Shown here in pieces: positions 45,301 through 58,300 of a stretch of 64,000 bases of DNA. The DNA is from Orbicella franksi (Eukaryota). A program made the position numbers and the translations under genes. The stretch is taken from positions 21,886,001-21,950,000 of the forward strand of contig OZ116702.1 in assembly GCA_964199315.1 (NCBI GenBank), read 5' to 3'. Positions within the stretch are counted from its first letter, which is position 1; each line of letters begins with the position of its first letter. The notes below the pieces were generated by a model. It saw only the letters and a program-made list of their open reading frames with translations. It had not been told where the DNA came from and did no database searches.

Positions 45301-48300
45301 CTGGGGCGCAGGGATGGCACAGTGGTTGGAGCACTAACCTCCCGCCAATGTGGCCCAGCTGTGATTCTGGCCCGGTGCCATATGTGGTTGAGTTTGTCAT
45401 TAGATCTTGCCTTACTGCAAGAGTTTTTCTCCAGGTTCCCAGGTTTTCCTCCCTCCATAAAAACCAACATCTCCACATTCAAATTCGACCAGGATAGAGG
45501 ACCTGCATGAAAACCAGCTAAGGCTGATGTGGCTTGCTCTCAAATCTGCTTTAAATGCAGGTTTTGTTCTACAGAACTGAGGAAAGATTTATGAACCCTT
45601 ATCCACTGATCAGCCTGAGTCTTAGCAAAATATCTCCAAAAGACCATGATGAAAATTGGCTGCAAGATGCAAGTGAAGCATACAAAGATAGTGATGAAAT
45701 CTCAGACTGTGGAAAATATCTGCAACCCTGCAGAAAGAATGGGTTGTATGACTAGCCAGGGTTGGGGAAATTATGATATATTTTTTAAAGTTTTTGCAAA
45801 GAGATGAGTCAAGAAAATGTCCTGGGGTATTTGAGAGTTTAAACTCTACATGGCACTCAATAAATTTCTCTAAACCTATTGATAGCTGCCTGAAAATAAG
45901 CTCTTATTAAATCTTACCCCTCCCAGTTCTTAAGAGTCCCTGTCCATAAAAAAATATGGAAAATCACTCGGTTAAGGTCAAAAATTCGATTTCGCTCATA
46001 TTTTTACGGTAGATAGGCTAAGGCATGACAAAAACTACTGGATGGTTTTTTTGGCAAAATATCCTTTTATTTCAAAGAAATATGCAAATTACCAAATTCC
46101 GTTAAAATCGTCCTTTGACGCCCCATTTTATTAAAGAAGTTTGAGAGCCTCACATGCAAAACCACATCATTTTTCTGTCTTTAAAACACTCAAATATTTT
46201 TGTGCAATGTTTAAATGTGTACTGGGTTGATTGTAGGGAATGTTGCGGTGTTTGTTGGGTGCAAAATAATTAAATTTTGAAGACATGTATTTCATTCACT
46301 TAAAAGTACTTCGTAAAAATAATTGATTTTCACCATGTGCGAAACCTTCAAATGGATTAAGCTTCTGGTGGTTGAATTGCAGAAGGATGGTCTACAGATT
46401 CCTGTAAAAATTTCTTTGGGAAAATGATTGTGAGTGGTGCAAAAGCTTTTCAAAGTACGTTAAAAATGCAGATATTTGACCATCCGTCGTCAAACTTCAA
46501 TTTACGGGTTAGACATATATTTTAGCATGCGCCACATGTCTTGAGCTCTATTAAGTTGAAATAGACACAGAGCTGATAATTTCGAAATGTTCTAACCTTA
46601 TTTGCTGTAAAAGGCAGGTCCAAAAGCCGAGTTGACATGTTTCTGTCACCATTCGTCGCACATAAAGCAGTTTGCTTTCGTTTACACAACGTCCGATGTA
46701 CATCCCCAACTGTCAACTTATTTAATGGTCGAATACCACAAATCTATGACCCTCTTTCGACACATATGATCACCACTGTATCTAAGTCAAAAATGGCTGA
46801 TTTGTAGATAGTTGCTTGCTTTGCACTACACCAAAATATTACGTTTGATCATCGTTTGATCTATCGCTGCTTGAATCCTTGCTTGCAGCAGTTCCTTGTT
46901 TGTTCATCACGCAATGCTGTCATCCCATTTTAGGGGGTAGGGTAGGACAATTTCTATCCTAATACGTAAGGCTCCGTAAGGCTTGGAACCACAGGGAGAA
47001 CACAATCTTGTTGAGTAGGAAGAGATTAAATGAAGCAATGAAAAGAATGAATAGTTAACCATTGCCTGTGTTGTCATCTTTTACTAGACCACCGCTACCT
47101 ACACGCCCTGCGTGATACCGTAAACGCTAAATTCGTACCTAGGTCTTTTCGTGCTGTGCAATTATTTTTGGTTTAGATATAATACAGTGGGCTACTCTTG
47201 GGGAAATGGGAGGTGGCCACTTAATAGGGGTTGGCCGCTTAATAGAGGTTAGTATACCTTGAACATTTTTTCACTATCGCGTTATAAATTTAGCTAAATT
47301 TCGTAGTAAACATGGAGTCAATTCACGACAATCATGATAGACGTCATTCTTGGAGACCCAGGGGCAGTTAGTGGGGGTGGGGAAAAAGTCTAAACGGGTC
47401 TTCGCCTGAATTTTTTTCTCACCCGTTTAGACTTTTCCCCGCTCCCACTAACTCCCCCTGGGTCTCCAAGAATGACGTCTATAATGATTGTCTTGAATTG
47501 ACTCCATGTTCACTAACACAACACAGCATTCCCTAAAATCAACCCAGTACACATTTAAACATTGCACAAAAATATTTCAGTGTTTTAAAGATGGAAGAAT
47601 GATGTGGTTTTGCATGCGAGGCTCTTGAACTTCTTTAATAAAATGGTGCGTCAAAGGATGATTTTAACAGAATTTGGTAATTTGTATATTTCTTTGAAAT
47701 AAAAGGAAATTTTGCCAAAAAAACCATCCAGTAATTTTTGTCATGCCCTAGCCTATCTACCATAGGAATATGAGTGAAATCGAATTTTCGACCCTTGCCG
47801 CAAAATTAAGAAGTTGTCTGATTTTTACAGGCAGGCACTCCTAATAGCCTGCAAAAGCAGATGTATTTCTGGCTGTTGCTTGTCTGACCTCTTAAAGAAT
47901 CTGTTACAAAATTTTCTTTTTGCAAAGGTTGAACTCCACTCCCCCTTCCCACCCCCACAACAAAATAAAAAAGAGGGAAAAATTCCAAAGCAGCTCCCAG
48001 ATGTAACAGCAGTAGGAAGAGTGAGAGGAACAGAGAATACTCTTAACCACAGTGATACATTACTAATGAACTAGTAGTAATGGAGATTAATCCAGCAACA
48101 GTTTATTATGATATGTTCTCTGTTTCTCAGGGGTATAACAAGGTTGATAAGCGCCTGGTGATCACTACATGTGCCAATCAGGATCCTCTTCAGGCCAGTA
48201 CAGGTAGTATTACGATATTTATTCATTAAACCCCAGTGAGGGGGGTTTAGGTAAAACTTGAAGTTGTAGTGTCTGGCATATATCAGGACCTGGACATGAG

Positions 48301-50842
48301 TATTTTTTACCTTCTTTGTCTGCCAGTTTTGTTGTCATAAATACATCCATTTCAGTGATTTACAACAAGACTTAACTTGACACTAACAAAACAAGGAAAT
48401 TATGTCTCACAGACTTAAACCACTCAAAGAATTTCATACTCAGTGACTTACTGGAGCACTTGTGAAGTGCATGTATGACAGGCACATAAACTTGTGGTCA
48501 ATCCCTTTTAAAGGTCACAGAATGATATTGACTGACATGCACCTTTTGATCTGTGGGACTTGATTAGCAGACAATACACTTAGGTTCAAACAAACACTGA
48601 ACTTGAAATAGACTCTGACCAGCAACTTGACTAAACAGCAGGGCAATGTGATCTAGGATGTTGTTGCAAAAGGAAAAGTCTATACTAGTGGTAATCAAAG
48701 ATCATGAGTGCGTTCGACACCGTCTCTTTCATATATATACCTTAAATGACTTACCTAGCTGACTTTCTACCTCTGTCTATTGCTAAAATCAACATTTTTC
48801 ATGAACAACCGAGGTTGTACACAGACAGATATAGTGTCAAAGTCCATGCCAGTGAAGAGGTCCCCTGTATAGACTATGATGGCCGATTTGTTGTTCAAAA
48901 TGTTGGGTGACGGTGCCAGTTTCTGTAGACTTGCAAAAATAGTAGGCCTTCAAAATTTCATGTTTTGACGTAAACTCAGCGTGAATTCAAAACGTAAACA
49001 AAAGAACAAGCTTAAACTCTGGCCTGTAAGCAATTTTAAAGCTCCCATTCGATTTGTGTTCATGAAAATCTTCTTGTTTCCCCAGAGGGAAATTTGGATT
49101 CATAATTCAGGCTCTGCGTCTATGCCAAGTTTTGTTTGTTATTTTTAATTTACTTTCAATGACCTGAGACTAAAGGGGACCAGAACAACATAATCATTTA
49201 CATTCATGTAAAATAAATTATCTGTTATTCACTAAGCTGTTTAATTAGGTGAACATTCTTTCTAGGTGTTTGTTTACACACCAACATCTTCTGGTTAAAT
49301 GTGCGGCTTCTGTTTCCATTCATTTAACCCGCTATAACGAGCTAGACAACTCGGTAAGATGGTTCTATAACCGCGAATCATGGCCATATGCCGAGTTACA
49401 CAACTCGTTAAGTTAAAGTGATATATTTTGTGCACAGAAATCAAAGCCAGCAAGGTGAAATGACACATTTCCTCCATCGATTTATTCAACACAAAGCAGT
49501 GTTGGTTTTTAGTCGAAGACAAGACGGTAGACAACAGATCACAACATGTAGCCGAACTGCACCTTTGTGTTCGTCCCAAAAGTCGTATACATTTCGTGAA
49601 GACATCGATAAATCTTAGCTACAAGGTCATTTAATGCCATAACTCTAACTTCAAACTTCAAATACGCAACTTGCCGGTAACAGCAAATAAACACATGGAG
49701 ACACAACGAGAATGGACGTGATGTCATTCGCCCCTGAAGAATTTTTTTTTTTGGGGGGGGGGGGGGGGGGGCAAATTGTTGTCCCCTTATAGATAGATAG
49801 ATACACAGGTCTCAAATTTTTATGCATTATGCGATTAGAACTGTCGAACGCAAAAAGCAGGCTGATCCTGTATGTCAGTGATAACGTTCAGAGAGCATGA
49901 AGTGACTTACTAAGAGTATTATTTTTTGCCCCATCATTAATTATGATTTTACTGCCTACCACCAATAGCCATCCTTTATAGACCTTTGTAGGGTCTATGT
50001 TCTTGATTAACGTGTAGTCAAAGTATTGCTACGTGTATGCTGGTTCAGAGATTTTCTCCCTTCTTTCTGCTCAGTAAAAAAACTATGCCATTCTTGCTCA
50101 TCACTTCGCAACCTTTTTCCACCTCTTCATGGCTTATAAATGACTGGGAAATGGAAAAGACAAAACCTCTGGAACCACCCTGATAAAGCAGTTTGAAAAC
50201 AAAGCCTAGTGTTTACCCTTTACTCCCTGAGAGTGCCAAATGGCTCACAGCATCATAGCTTTGCAAATATTCAAAATACTTTGATGACTTTTTGGTATCA
50301 AAGTTTTCTTGTAAAGAACTGCTCCTTGAAGGCATAAAATTGTGACCCTCTCTTATCTATTTAGCATTCATCTTCACTTAGACTTCAATAATTAATCTGA
50401 CCCTGGGAGTATACCCTTAATGGGAGGAACAAACTACTGATACTCCCGGAATAAATGTTGTATCTTTAGTTCTGTTGTGTTATGTCATGAAGATTGCTGC
50501 CATGATAATATGATTAGTGTAAAGTTTAAGATGCAAAACTTGAGATAAGCAAAATTATTGGTAAGTCAGGTGATTTATGTAAGGACAAACAGTGGCAAAT
50601 AAAGTTGATTGACTTATCAAAATCGTTTACTCAAGAACAAAGAATACTTGAAGCTTTCTTTATTTGTTAATATTACCATGGATTGCTTTCATTCAGGTTT
50701 GGTGCCTCTTCTTGGAATTGATGTGTGGGAGCATGCATATTACCTGCAGTACAAGAATGTACGCCCAGACTATGTGAAGGCCATTCACAAAGTTGTCAAC
50801 TGGGCAAATGTGGCAGAGAGATACGATGCTGCTAAATTATAA
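42357..50842 (+). CDS. SOD2: Mitochondrial manganese superoxide dismutase, 224 aa
   Basis: Exons 42357-42588, 44375-44491, 45017-45123, 48131-48203, 50697-50842 (675 nt). Transit-peptide-like N-terminus, then [70 protein letters not shown]. All four metal ligands and the Mn-type signatures are present. Confidence 0.98.
43030..43560. mobile_element. Old long-TIR MITE in SOD2 intron 1
   Basis: 43101-43170 (aaaatttgac..gccgccattttgaa..gcagccaggc..tcattcc) is the degenerate reverse complement of 43410-43481. Confidence 0.6.
45303..45545 (+). mobile_element. tRNA-derived SINE (second family)
   Basis: gggatggcacagtggttggagcact..cctcccgccaatgtggccc..gattctggccc tRNA-like head, then gttgagtttgt..tttttctccagg..aaaaaccaacat body. 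Confidence 0.8.
45976..47793. mobile_element. Non-autonomous DNA transposon with ~280-bp TIRs (possibly Kolobok-like)
   Basis: 45976-~46255 is the reverse complement of ~47516-47793. TTAA precedes the left GG terminus; the right flank is degenerate. No transposase ORF. Confidence 0.75.
47304..47515. repeat. Near-perfect ~210-bp palindrome (96-bp arms, 21-nt loop)
   Basis: 47304-47399 pairs with 47421-47515. Confidence 0.9.
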
Positions 50843-51083
50843 CATGTCGCTTAATGTGTTTAGGAAGACATTTTTAGTTTGGTGTGAAGTTTGTTATACT
50901 TTGGTGATAAAAAGTCTGTAGTATGTAGTTGTCAGTAGATTTAACATGTTCAAGATGCTGTCAGGTAATGGAGAATAAGGGCAAACAAGGTGTTCTTGTG
51001 CAATATGTTCGCTTAGCATGTAAAAGCAGCCTTTTTTGGTTTTTCAGCCATGTGTATAGCAAGTGATAAAATGGGCTACCTTT

Positions 51084-51391
51084 GGTGCTTACCATTTGAC
51101 AAAAAAATCTGGAAATTTTGGTTGAAAGTCAAATGGAACTGTTCTAGTAATTTTTCAGAAAATCTGTTTGGAAATTGTAGACTACCTCCAGAGGTACCTA
51201 TTCTTTTTCCCCTTTGGAACGGAACGGCAGAAATTTCCTTACCATTTGCTAGAAATTTCCTTACCAGTTTCCTGGTCTCTCCTCAGCCAAATTAGCACCA
51301 TCTTGTTCGGTTGGTTTGCTGATTTTGGAAAAACCCTCACCATTATTCAATGGTCATCCCAACTGGTTCATTCTGACAAATGGTAAGCACC
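51084..51391. mobile_element. MITE downstream of the SOD2 stop (3' UTR region)
   Basis: 15-bp perfect TIR GGTGCTTACCATTTG / CAAATGGTAAGCACC. Confidence 0.8.
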
Positions 51392-52370
51392 CAATGTTAC
51401 TTTATAATTTTACTAACCAGTTCACAAACAAATTTGATTTGTTTTATATACATGTGCATAATCTCTGTCATGTTAAGTAGTTGTCAAAGTAGACCTAACT
51501 ATAAAACTTTACTTACAATGGAAAGTAAGAGAGAAATAAAAGAAGCTAGTGAACATAACTAGAAGTAGCTTTTTGGTGAAAACTTTAAAAAAAAAAGCTC
51601 CATTTGAAAAAACAAACAAACAACAAATATATCAAGACAAACAGGAAGCAAAGTTGTTTTCATTTATACTTGATTAAAAGTAGATAACATTGTTCACTTT
51701 TAACTGGTCTTTTACTGCTAACCCTTGACCCTTGTTTTTTACGCACTTGATACAGCTGTAGGCATAGGACTAGAGCTCAGTCTGAATTTGTTACATGTCA
51801 CAAGCGGCAATTAGGAATGTGTTTAACAAGTATTTGTCTGTGGTTGGCACACTGTAGAGACAATTCATGATACTGGATGAAAATAAAGTGAAATGTTCTC
51901 ATCTATGTCTTTCACTTTGGCATCAATTCACTCGGTCTTTCAGGCTCAATTCGTAAGAAGTTAACAAAATGTTGCATCTTTTGACACATTTAAAATTTTC
52001 ACACAAAGTAAACGGATATTGAAAGGGATTTGGACCCATTAGTTCTCCGACCTCATTTTATTCTTTCTTCACTTTAAAACCGTTCCCTTTAAAAAGTGAA
52101 AAAGAGATTGGCAAACATAGGTTTTTATCTGATTTATTTCATGTGCTAAAAACTGCCACCCTGTACCCTAATAACCCATCCATATAAAACACTTGATAGT
52201 TTTGATCTTCTTTTGAATTTTGTTACTTCTCAATAACGACTCTGTCAACAAGAAAGTTCTTACTGTGGATTTTCCTTTCTTTGTCTTATTATTGCTCATT
52301 ATTGACACTTTCTTGAGATGATTCCAACATTGATTGTCCATCACTGTTAATTTAAGGAAATTAAGTAAAG

Positions 52371-55300
52371 TTAAAGAACAAGTTCTCGGTCTCCTAGAGT
52401 TTCAAAATAGCTATCCACTTTTCCTTTTGACACTGCATCTAGAGTACTTGGCTGCCACTTGGGACTGTTATCTTTGTCCACTAAAACTGAAACAAAATGA
52501 CAAGATTCAACAAGACATGAGATGAAAGGAAATAAAAACTCTCAAACACACATTACATGTTCCCAGCTGCAGGATTAGTTGTTAACCACACATACTTGTA
52601 CCTAGCATAGCAATCAACCTGTCATGTTATTTTCTTACTATCTTGTCAATTAGTAGACACTTGATGTGTTCCACTGGAGATCCACAAATCCTGTTAAGTC
52701 TCCCATTGTTGTCTTTTCACTGATAGAATAATTTCATGCATGGTGCTCTTGAGAGGGGAAATCATTCATTTATTACATAAATTATAGGTTTTGGAATGCT
52801 GTCCTTTTGAGTGTCTACTTGAAAAATCTGACTTCTACTCTGTGTTTCTATAAGTGATAGTCAAATTGGCTGCCCCTCATAAACTATTCTCTCATAGAAA
52901 GCTTGGCCTTGTAGTCAAATTTTTATTAAGATTAGGCAAATGAAATACCAGGTGAGCTTTTGCACAAAAACATGATACCTTCACAATTGAAAATAACTTG
53001 TTATCTTCACACTGGAAAAGCTCACTGTTGCTATGGTTACAAAATAAATTACACTTTCTGCAGTGAAAGTGAAATGGCTTGGTACTTTATTGTGTTTATT
53101 TAAGAAATAGAAAACATGTTCTGTGTTTCTATCAAGTTTTAGTATAAATCCACCAGCATTCTATCATGAATGCCACTCTCTGATTGGCTATGCTACTCAC
53201 TATCTATTCTGTGATAGATAGTGGCATAGCAGTGTTCTCATATTAACAAAATGACGGCTGCTTCTTGGTGTTTTTGAAGTGTCTATGAAGAGGATTTAGA
53301 TAAAGTTTTGGACGTCTAGTAGATTTACACTAAAATAATAAGATTATTTGCTCTCGATTTCTATGGTTGATAGTTGACTTGGGCTGCGCCCTCATCAACT
53401 ATCACAAGTTAGAAATCTCGAGTTCATAATCTTATTGTGTAATAGAAACACAAGTGGAAGTTTGGGAGAATGAGAAATGAGGGTCCACAATAGGGTTCTC
53501 AGATCCCGCTTTCCCGCTAATTTTTTCCTGTTAATCCCGCCATCCCGCCCTTTTTTACTTGGGAATCCCGATCCCGCCCACTTTTCCATAACGTTTTTCT
53601 GTTAATCATTAATTTGTTAAATAATTAACGCAGAAACTTTACAAAAATAAACATTACAGAAAAGATCATGAAAGGCCTATCTGTATGCAATGGGTAGCAG
53701 ATAAGTAACCAGAAATGATTGTTACGTTTCCTTCTTTAAACGTTTCACTGTTTTGTTTTGTTCTTTTTCGACGTATTAGTGAAAGAGAGAGATTGTTCAT
53801 CCCATACTCCTAGTCCTGGTTTTTTAGAAGACAATCAGCTGAATATTTGAAGATGTGTGTTAGTTCGTGCGTCTGACATTCGATCGGGCGCTAGCTCAAT
53901 GGGCCCTAATCCTGTTCTTATGTATCATGTTTTTTAGTTAGACAGGAAGATTTGGTCCGTATCATCTCCATCCATTGAGTTGTACAAACATGCACAATCA
54001 AATTGTTGGAAAAAAAAAGAAAAAATGTTGAGTATCTTAGCAGAACATTAGCCTGCTATTGAACCGAACAGCAGGGCCGAATGTAGACACTCTCCCTAGC
54101 AGGAAGTTCGTTTCCCTGTCATATTCCGAAAAGAAATCGTGCAGAGAATTTCATCTTGTAAAATAAATTATTGTATAAACAGTCGCCACAAAAAAACTCC
54201 CACTCCCGCCTGATGGTCTGTCCCTAAGCCCATGTCGGGAGGAAGAGAGACCCTGGGAATGAGGCTGGTTTTGACATAGAAAGTCTCATGTGCCGTCCAC
54301 GTGTGAAGAATTTGAAACCGGAAATATATATAATATTTTCATATTAATTCTTCTTTTCGCTCTTTGAGGAAAGCATACCTGTTGACACTAACTTTACGTG
54401 CGATTCAAACGAGGTATTTTAAATAATATGCATCTATTTACACATAAACTTTTATTATTAACCACTTCTGTTAACGAGACCATTTCAGAACGATCATAAC
54501 AGTCACAGCATAAAGCAGAGGGCATGAAGGTCATGCCTGATCAGACCAGACACACCGGGAATACATCACAATAAAAGGGCCTACAAGGTCTAAAAAGTTG
54601 AATGCAGCCAACGTTTAAAAAATAAACACACCTAACAGTTTCTTTTAAAGCTTTGAGCGTCCTCACTTTCCGTGAAACCTGTGCTCGGAACTTTTCTTTC
54701 CGAAGGAAGGCATTCCCGCTTGCACCCTTTTCATAATAAATGGCGACCCAAAATATAATGTCGCATACTTCATTTCTGGTTCGTTCGGTAAATTACTGTC
54801 ACCGCTATCCGGAGTGGCCATACTGGCCACAACAAACCACTTAGCGCTCGTAAAAAGGTCGAAAGACGTCAAAGACTAGAAAAACTAGAAAAGATCAGGA
54901 CTGAGAACACTGAGGTCAAGAATACGGAGGCAAATGTCGGAAATGGACAAATGTCATTTATGTCAGAGGCCAACACAAAAGATCACAATAGGACTCAAAG
55001 ACCTCATACTGTCTGATACGTAGGGTAAGCGATAATATTTAATGGGCACAGAGCTGTTGCTATTCTTTACTTGAAACCTGACACAGCTATACGCACAAAA
55101 GGTTTATTTCCGCCAGCTTGCAGTTTTTCCGCTGGTCAACTTATGATGAAGTCACGTTGGAATTGAAATCCCATATCCCGCTCTGTTTCCCTCAACAATC
55201 TCGCATCCCAACCCTATAAAAACACGAAATCCCGCTCACACACGCAACTGAAATTCCCGCTTCCTGCCCCTATTTTCAGCTTAAATCCCGAATATCACTG

Positions 55301-58300
55301 TGAAAAAAAGCCAAATCCCGCATCCTGCCAAACATATTGGGAACCCTCAGAAATGCTGTGGGAACATGAGGTGATAGGTGAGTGTTTCCACAGCTTTTTC
55401 GAGTTCTCCCAAACTTGTTCTCTATTTCTTTTAGAAAATTCTGCAACAAAAAAAGACTTGTCTACTTTGATCATCAACATGTAAATTCTCTATGTTCACA
55501 CCATCTTTACATGATAGAGATACAGAATTTATCTTCTCATGCTGAAAAATATTTCACTTGTTTGCTGCACTCATTCGTGGAACTTTTCAACAGTCGAGAA
55601 ATTTTGTTTCTCTGCGCAGCCATGTAATATACTCTCACTATTTACTTATTTTTTAATATGTAAGCTTTAAATTAATGGCAAGATTGTTGAACAGTTCTTA
55701 CCAGCTCTTATCCCTTCATAAAAATCATTATCCGCCTGCAAACAAACAGAAGTTGATTGTTTTCTAAAATATACTCGTGCAACTTCTCCAAACATGCAAT
55801 ATCACTTTTTAAAGAGTTTTTAAAAAAACTTGCACATTTCTGCAAACAATCTCTAGAGGAATACTCAGATACACAGACTTTTCCTCAGAGGTGGAGAAGA
55901 CAAACTGACCAACTAGTTTCATTTTGCAGACTTGAGACCATCCATTGATGAATAATTCTTTATTAACCTTCCATTCAGTTTGGAAAACATCAGTCACCAT
56001 TTTTAGAGCATGCATGCATGTAGCATGCATTTTTAGATGACTCCACTAAATGAACTATCAGCTCAGTAAGTAATCTGCCATATCACTTAAGTCACAAAAG
56101 GAACAGTTATTTTTCACCAAAATTTTCAATTTCAAACTGGAAATAGGTAGCTTTCCATTGCCAATTAATAATTTTATTGTCATTTCCGAGACTACTGGTT
56201 ATTGACTTTGACATAATCAAGACAATTCCCTTACATGATAATTTTGTTTATTCTTATCAGCTGACTTCTTAACAATACACTGACAAAGTATCGTAAGAAT
56301 TTAATACTGATAATCCTTACGAATTGAAGTATGCTTACCATACACCTCTGGGTTAATCTGTATTCCATCTTTAAACACTCTCCTAGGCTCAAGTTTGCTC
56401 CTTCTTGCAGCTGCCTTAATGTTATCTTCAAAGATATTGGAGACTAGAAAATAAAAAGAAAATCTTATGGTTGATGTACTCATCAATCACTCGTGATCCA
56501 GCAAACACATTTTTCATGTCAACTAAGTAATGAGACAACAAGAAACATTCAAAGTAAGAGTTAAAATTCATTCTTGAACTAATTTATTATAATTATCTAC
56601 CAGTATCGGTGTCAATTTTGTTTTCTGGGGAAGTTTTCTATTCAATGCTGAAAGAAATCGACTCCTCTCGTGTTGCTTTACCACACTCTGTGATTGGTAT
56701 GAAAAACTCTTGCCTTTGATCCAATCAAATGAAAAACCAGACAACCAATCATGACTTGGTGTATTTTCTTCAAGTTCTCATTGTTTTTTCTGTGTTATTT
56801 ATGTTTGTTGCATAATGCCCATTGTTAAGACACTCAATTGAAAATTCTTCTTAGTACCCCTTATTTATGTTCCAGTGCTAACACAAAAACACTTACATCT
56901 GGGTTTTAAAAGCAGCCAGCTTCCAGCAAAAATCAGTGTTTACTCCATGATTTTTACATAACAATCTCTGAGCACATGGTTCATCTCTCACAAAGTCCCA
57001 GCATATATTGCAGTACACAAACTTGCGGTCACACACTCAATGTAACATGTCACACACTCTACACTTAACCTGCTAGGTTATGTCTTATTCTTTAGAAAAG
57101 AGATGGAAAAATCAGCCATATCCAGCAATAATGCTGTCTACATGAACTTCAACACTGTGTGACATCCTTCCTTACAGTCATAATTTTATTTTCTTTATTG
57201 CTCAGGGGAATGGGAGACAGGAATGTAGAATTTAGGACTGCAAATTAATTAATACAAAATTGAAATGACTTAAATTATGTATGAAGTCATCACATCAATT
57301 TGGACTTACCATTTTATTTAAGACCTGAGAACAGAAGAAAAAATATATATTAACTAGAAAACAAAATTCTTGGTTTAAAACAGGTATATCTATAAAATGA
57401 TCATTTTCTAAAATGCTATTTCTATTCATTATAATTAGAAGTATTGGAAGTTTTGTCTTTTCTTATAATAAATAATAAATTGTAAAAATTGGTTAAAGAT
57501 TACTTTAAAACTAATGTTTTTTCTTAAAAGAGGAGCATTTTGTCACTTTAAATGTATTGAAATAAATTATTTTGAGACTTTTCATGTAGAAAGAAAACCA
57601 TGCACAATGGCAACTATCAGCTGAGCACTTCACATGCCTTTTGGTGTCTTATAGGAAACATTTAGCAATGAGACTACTGACATAATTTATGAGCAGCAGT
57701 TGTCTCAAGACAACAAACATTCCTGTATGAAAATTCTAATAAATGAAAGTTGTTCCAAGCCTGAGGCTAATTACTGTCCCACCCTAAGAAAATGGAAACA
57801 TTTACCTCGATTTGTTTCAATGCCCAGTCTGATCCATCTTCCTTCAATGCCTGTAAAATCTCTTCTAAAGTTGGTTTATCAAAGCAGCTATTTGGCAAAT
57901 TACACATTTAATCAATAAAATATTAGAGGCATCACTAGAGGGTGTAGAGGTTGTAAAAACAACCTCTACATTTGACCATTATAATTTTATTTTAACTCCT
58001 AAAGGATGCCAGGATGACATTCAAATAAATGTCTACGTCAAACCAGTAGTCGATACAACCAGAGCTCATCCTAGTTTCTGTAGCATGAAGTGACTAGGAG
58101 TATTCCTACTCCCCCCTGGATGGGATGCTAGTTCATTGCAGGGTCACCCCCAGCATTAAATTCACCGGTACCCATTTCTACAGCTGGGTGGAGAGACGCA
58201 CCGTGAGAGTATTGTCTGGCTGAAGAAAACAATGTAATGATCCCAACCAGGGCTCAGACCCAGACTGCTTGACCCAAAGTCAAGCACACTAACCATTAGG

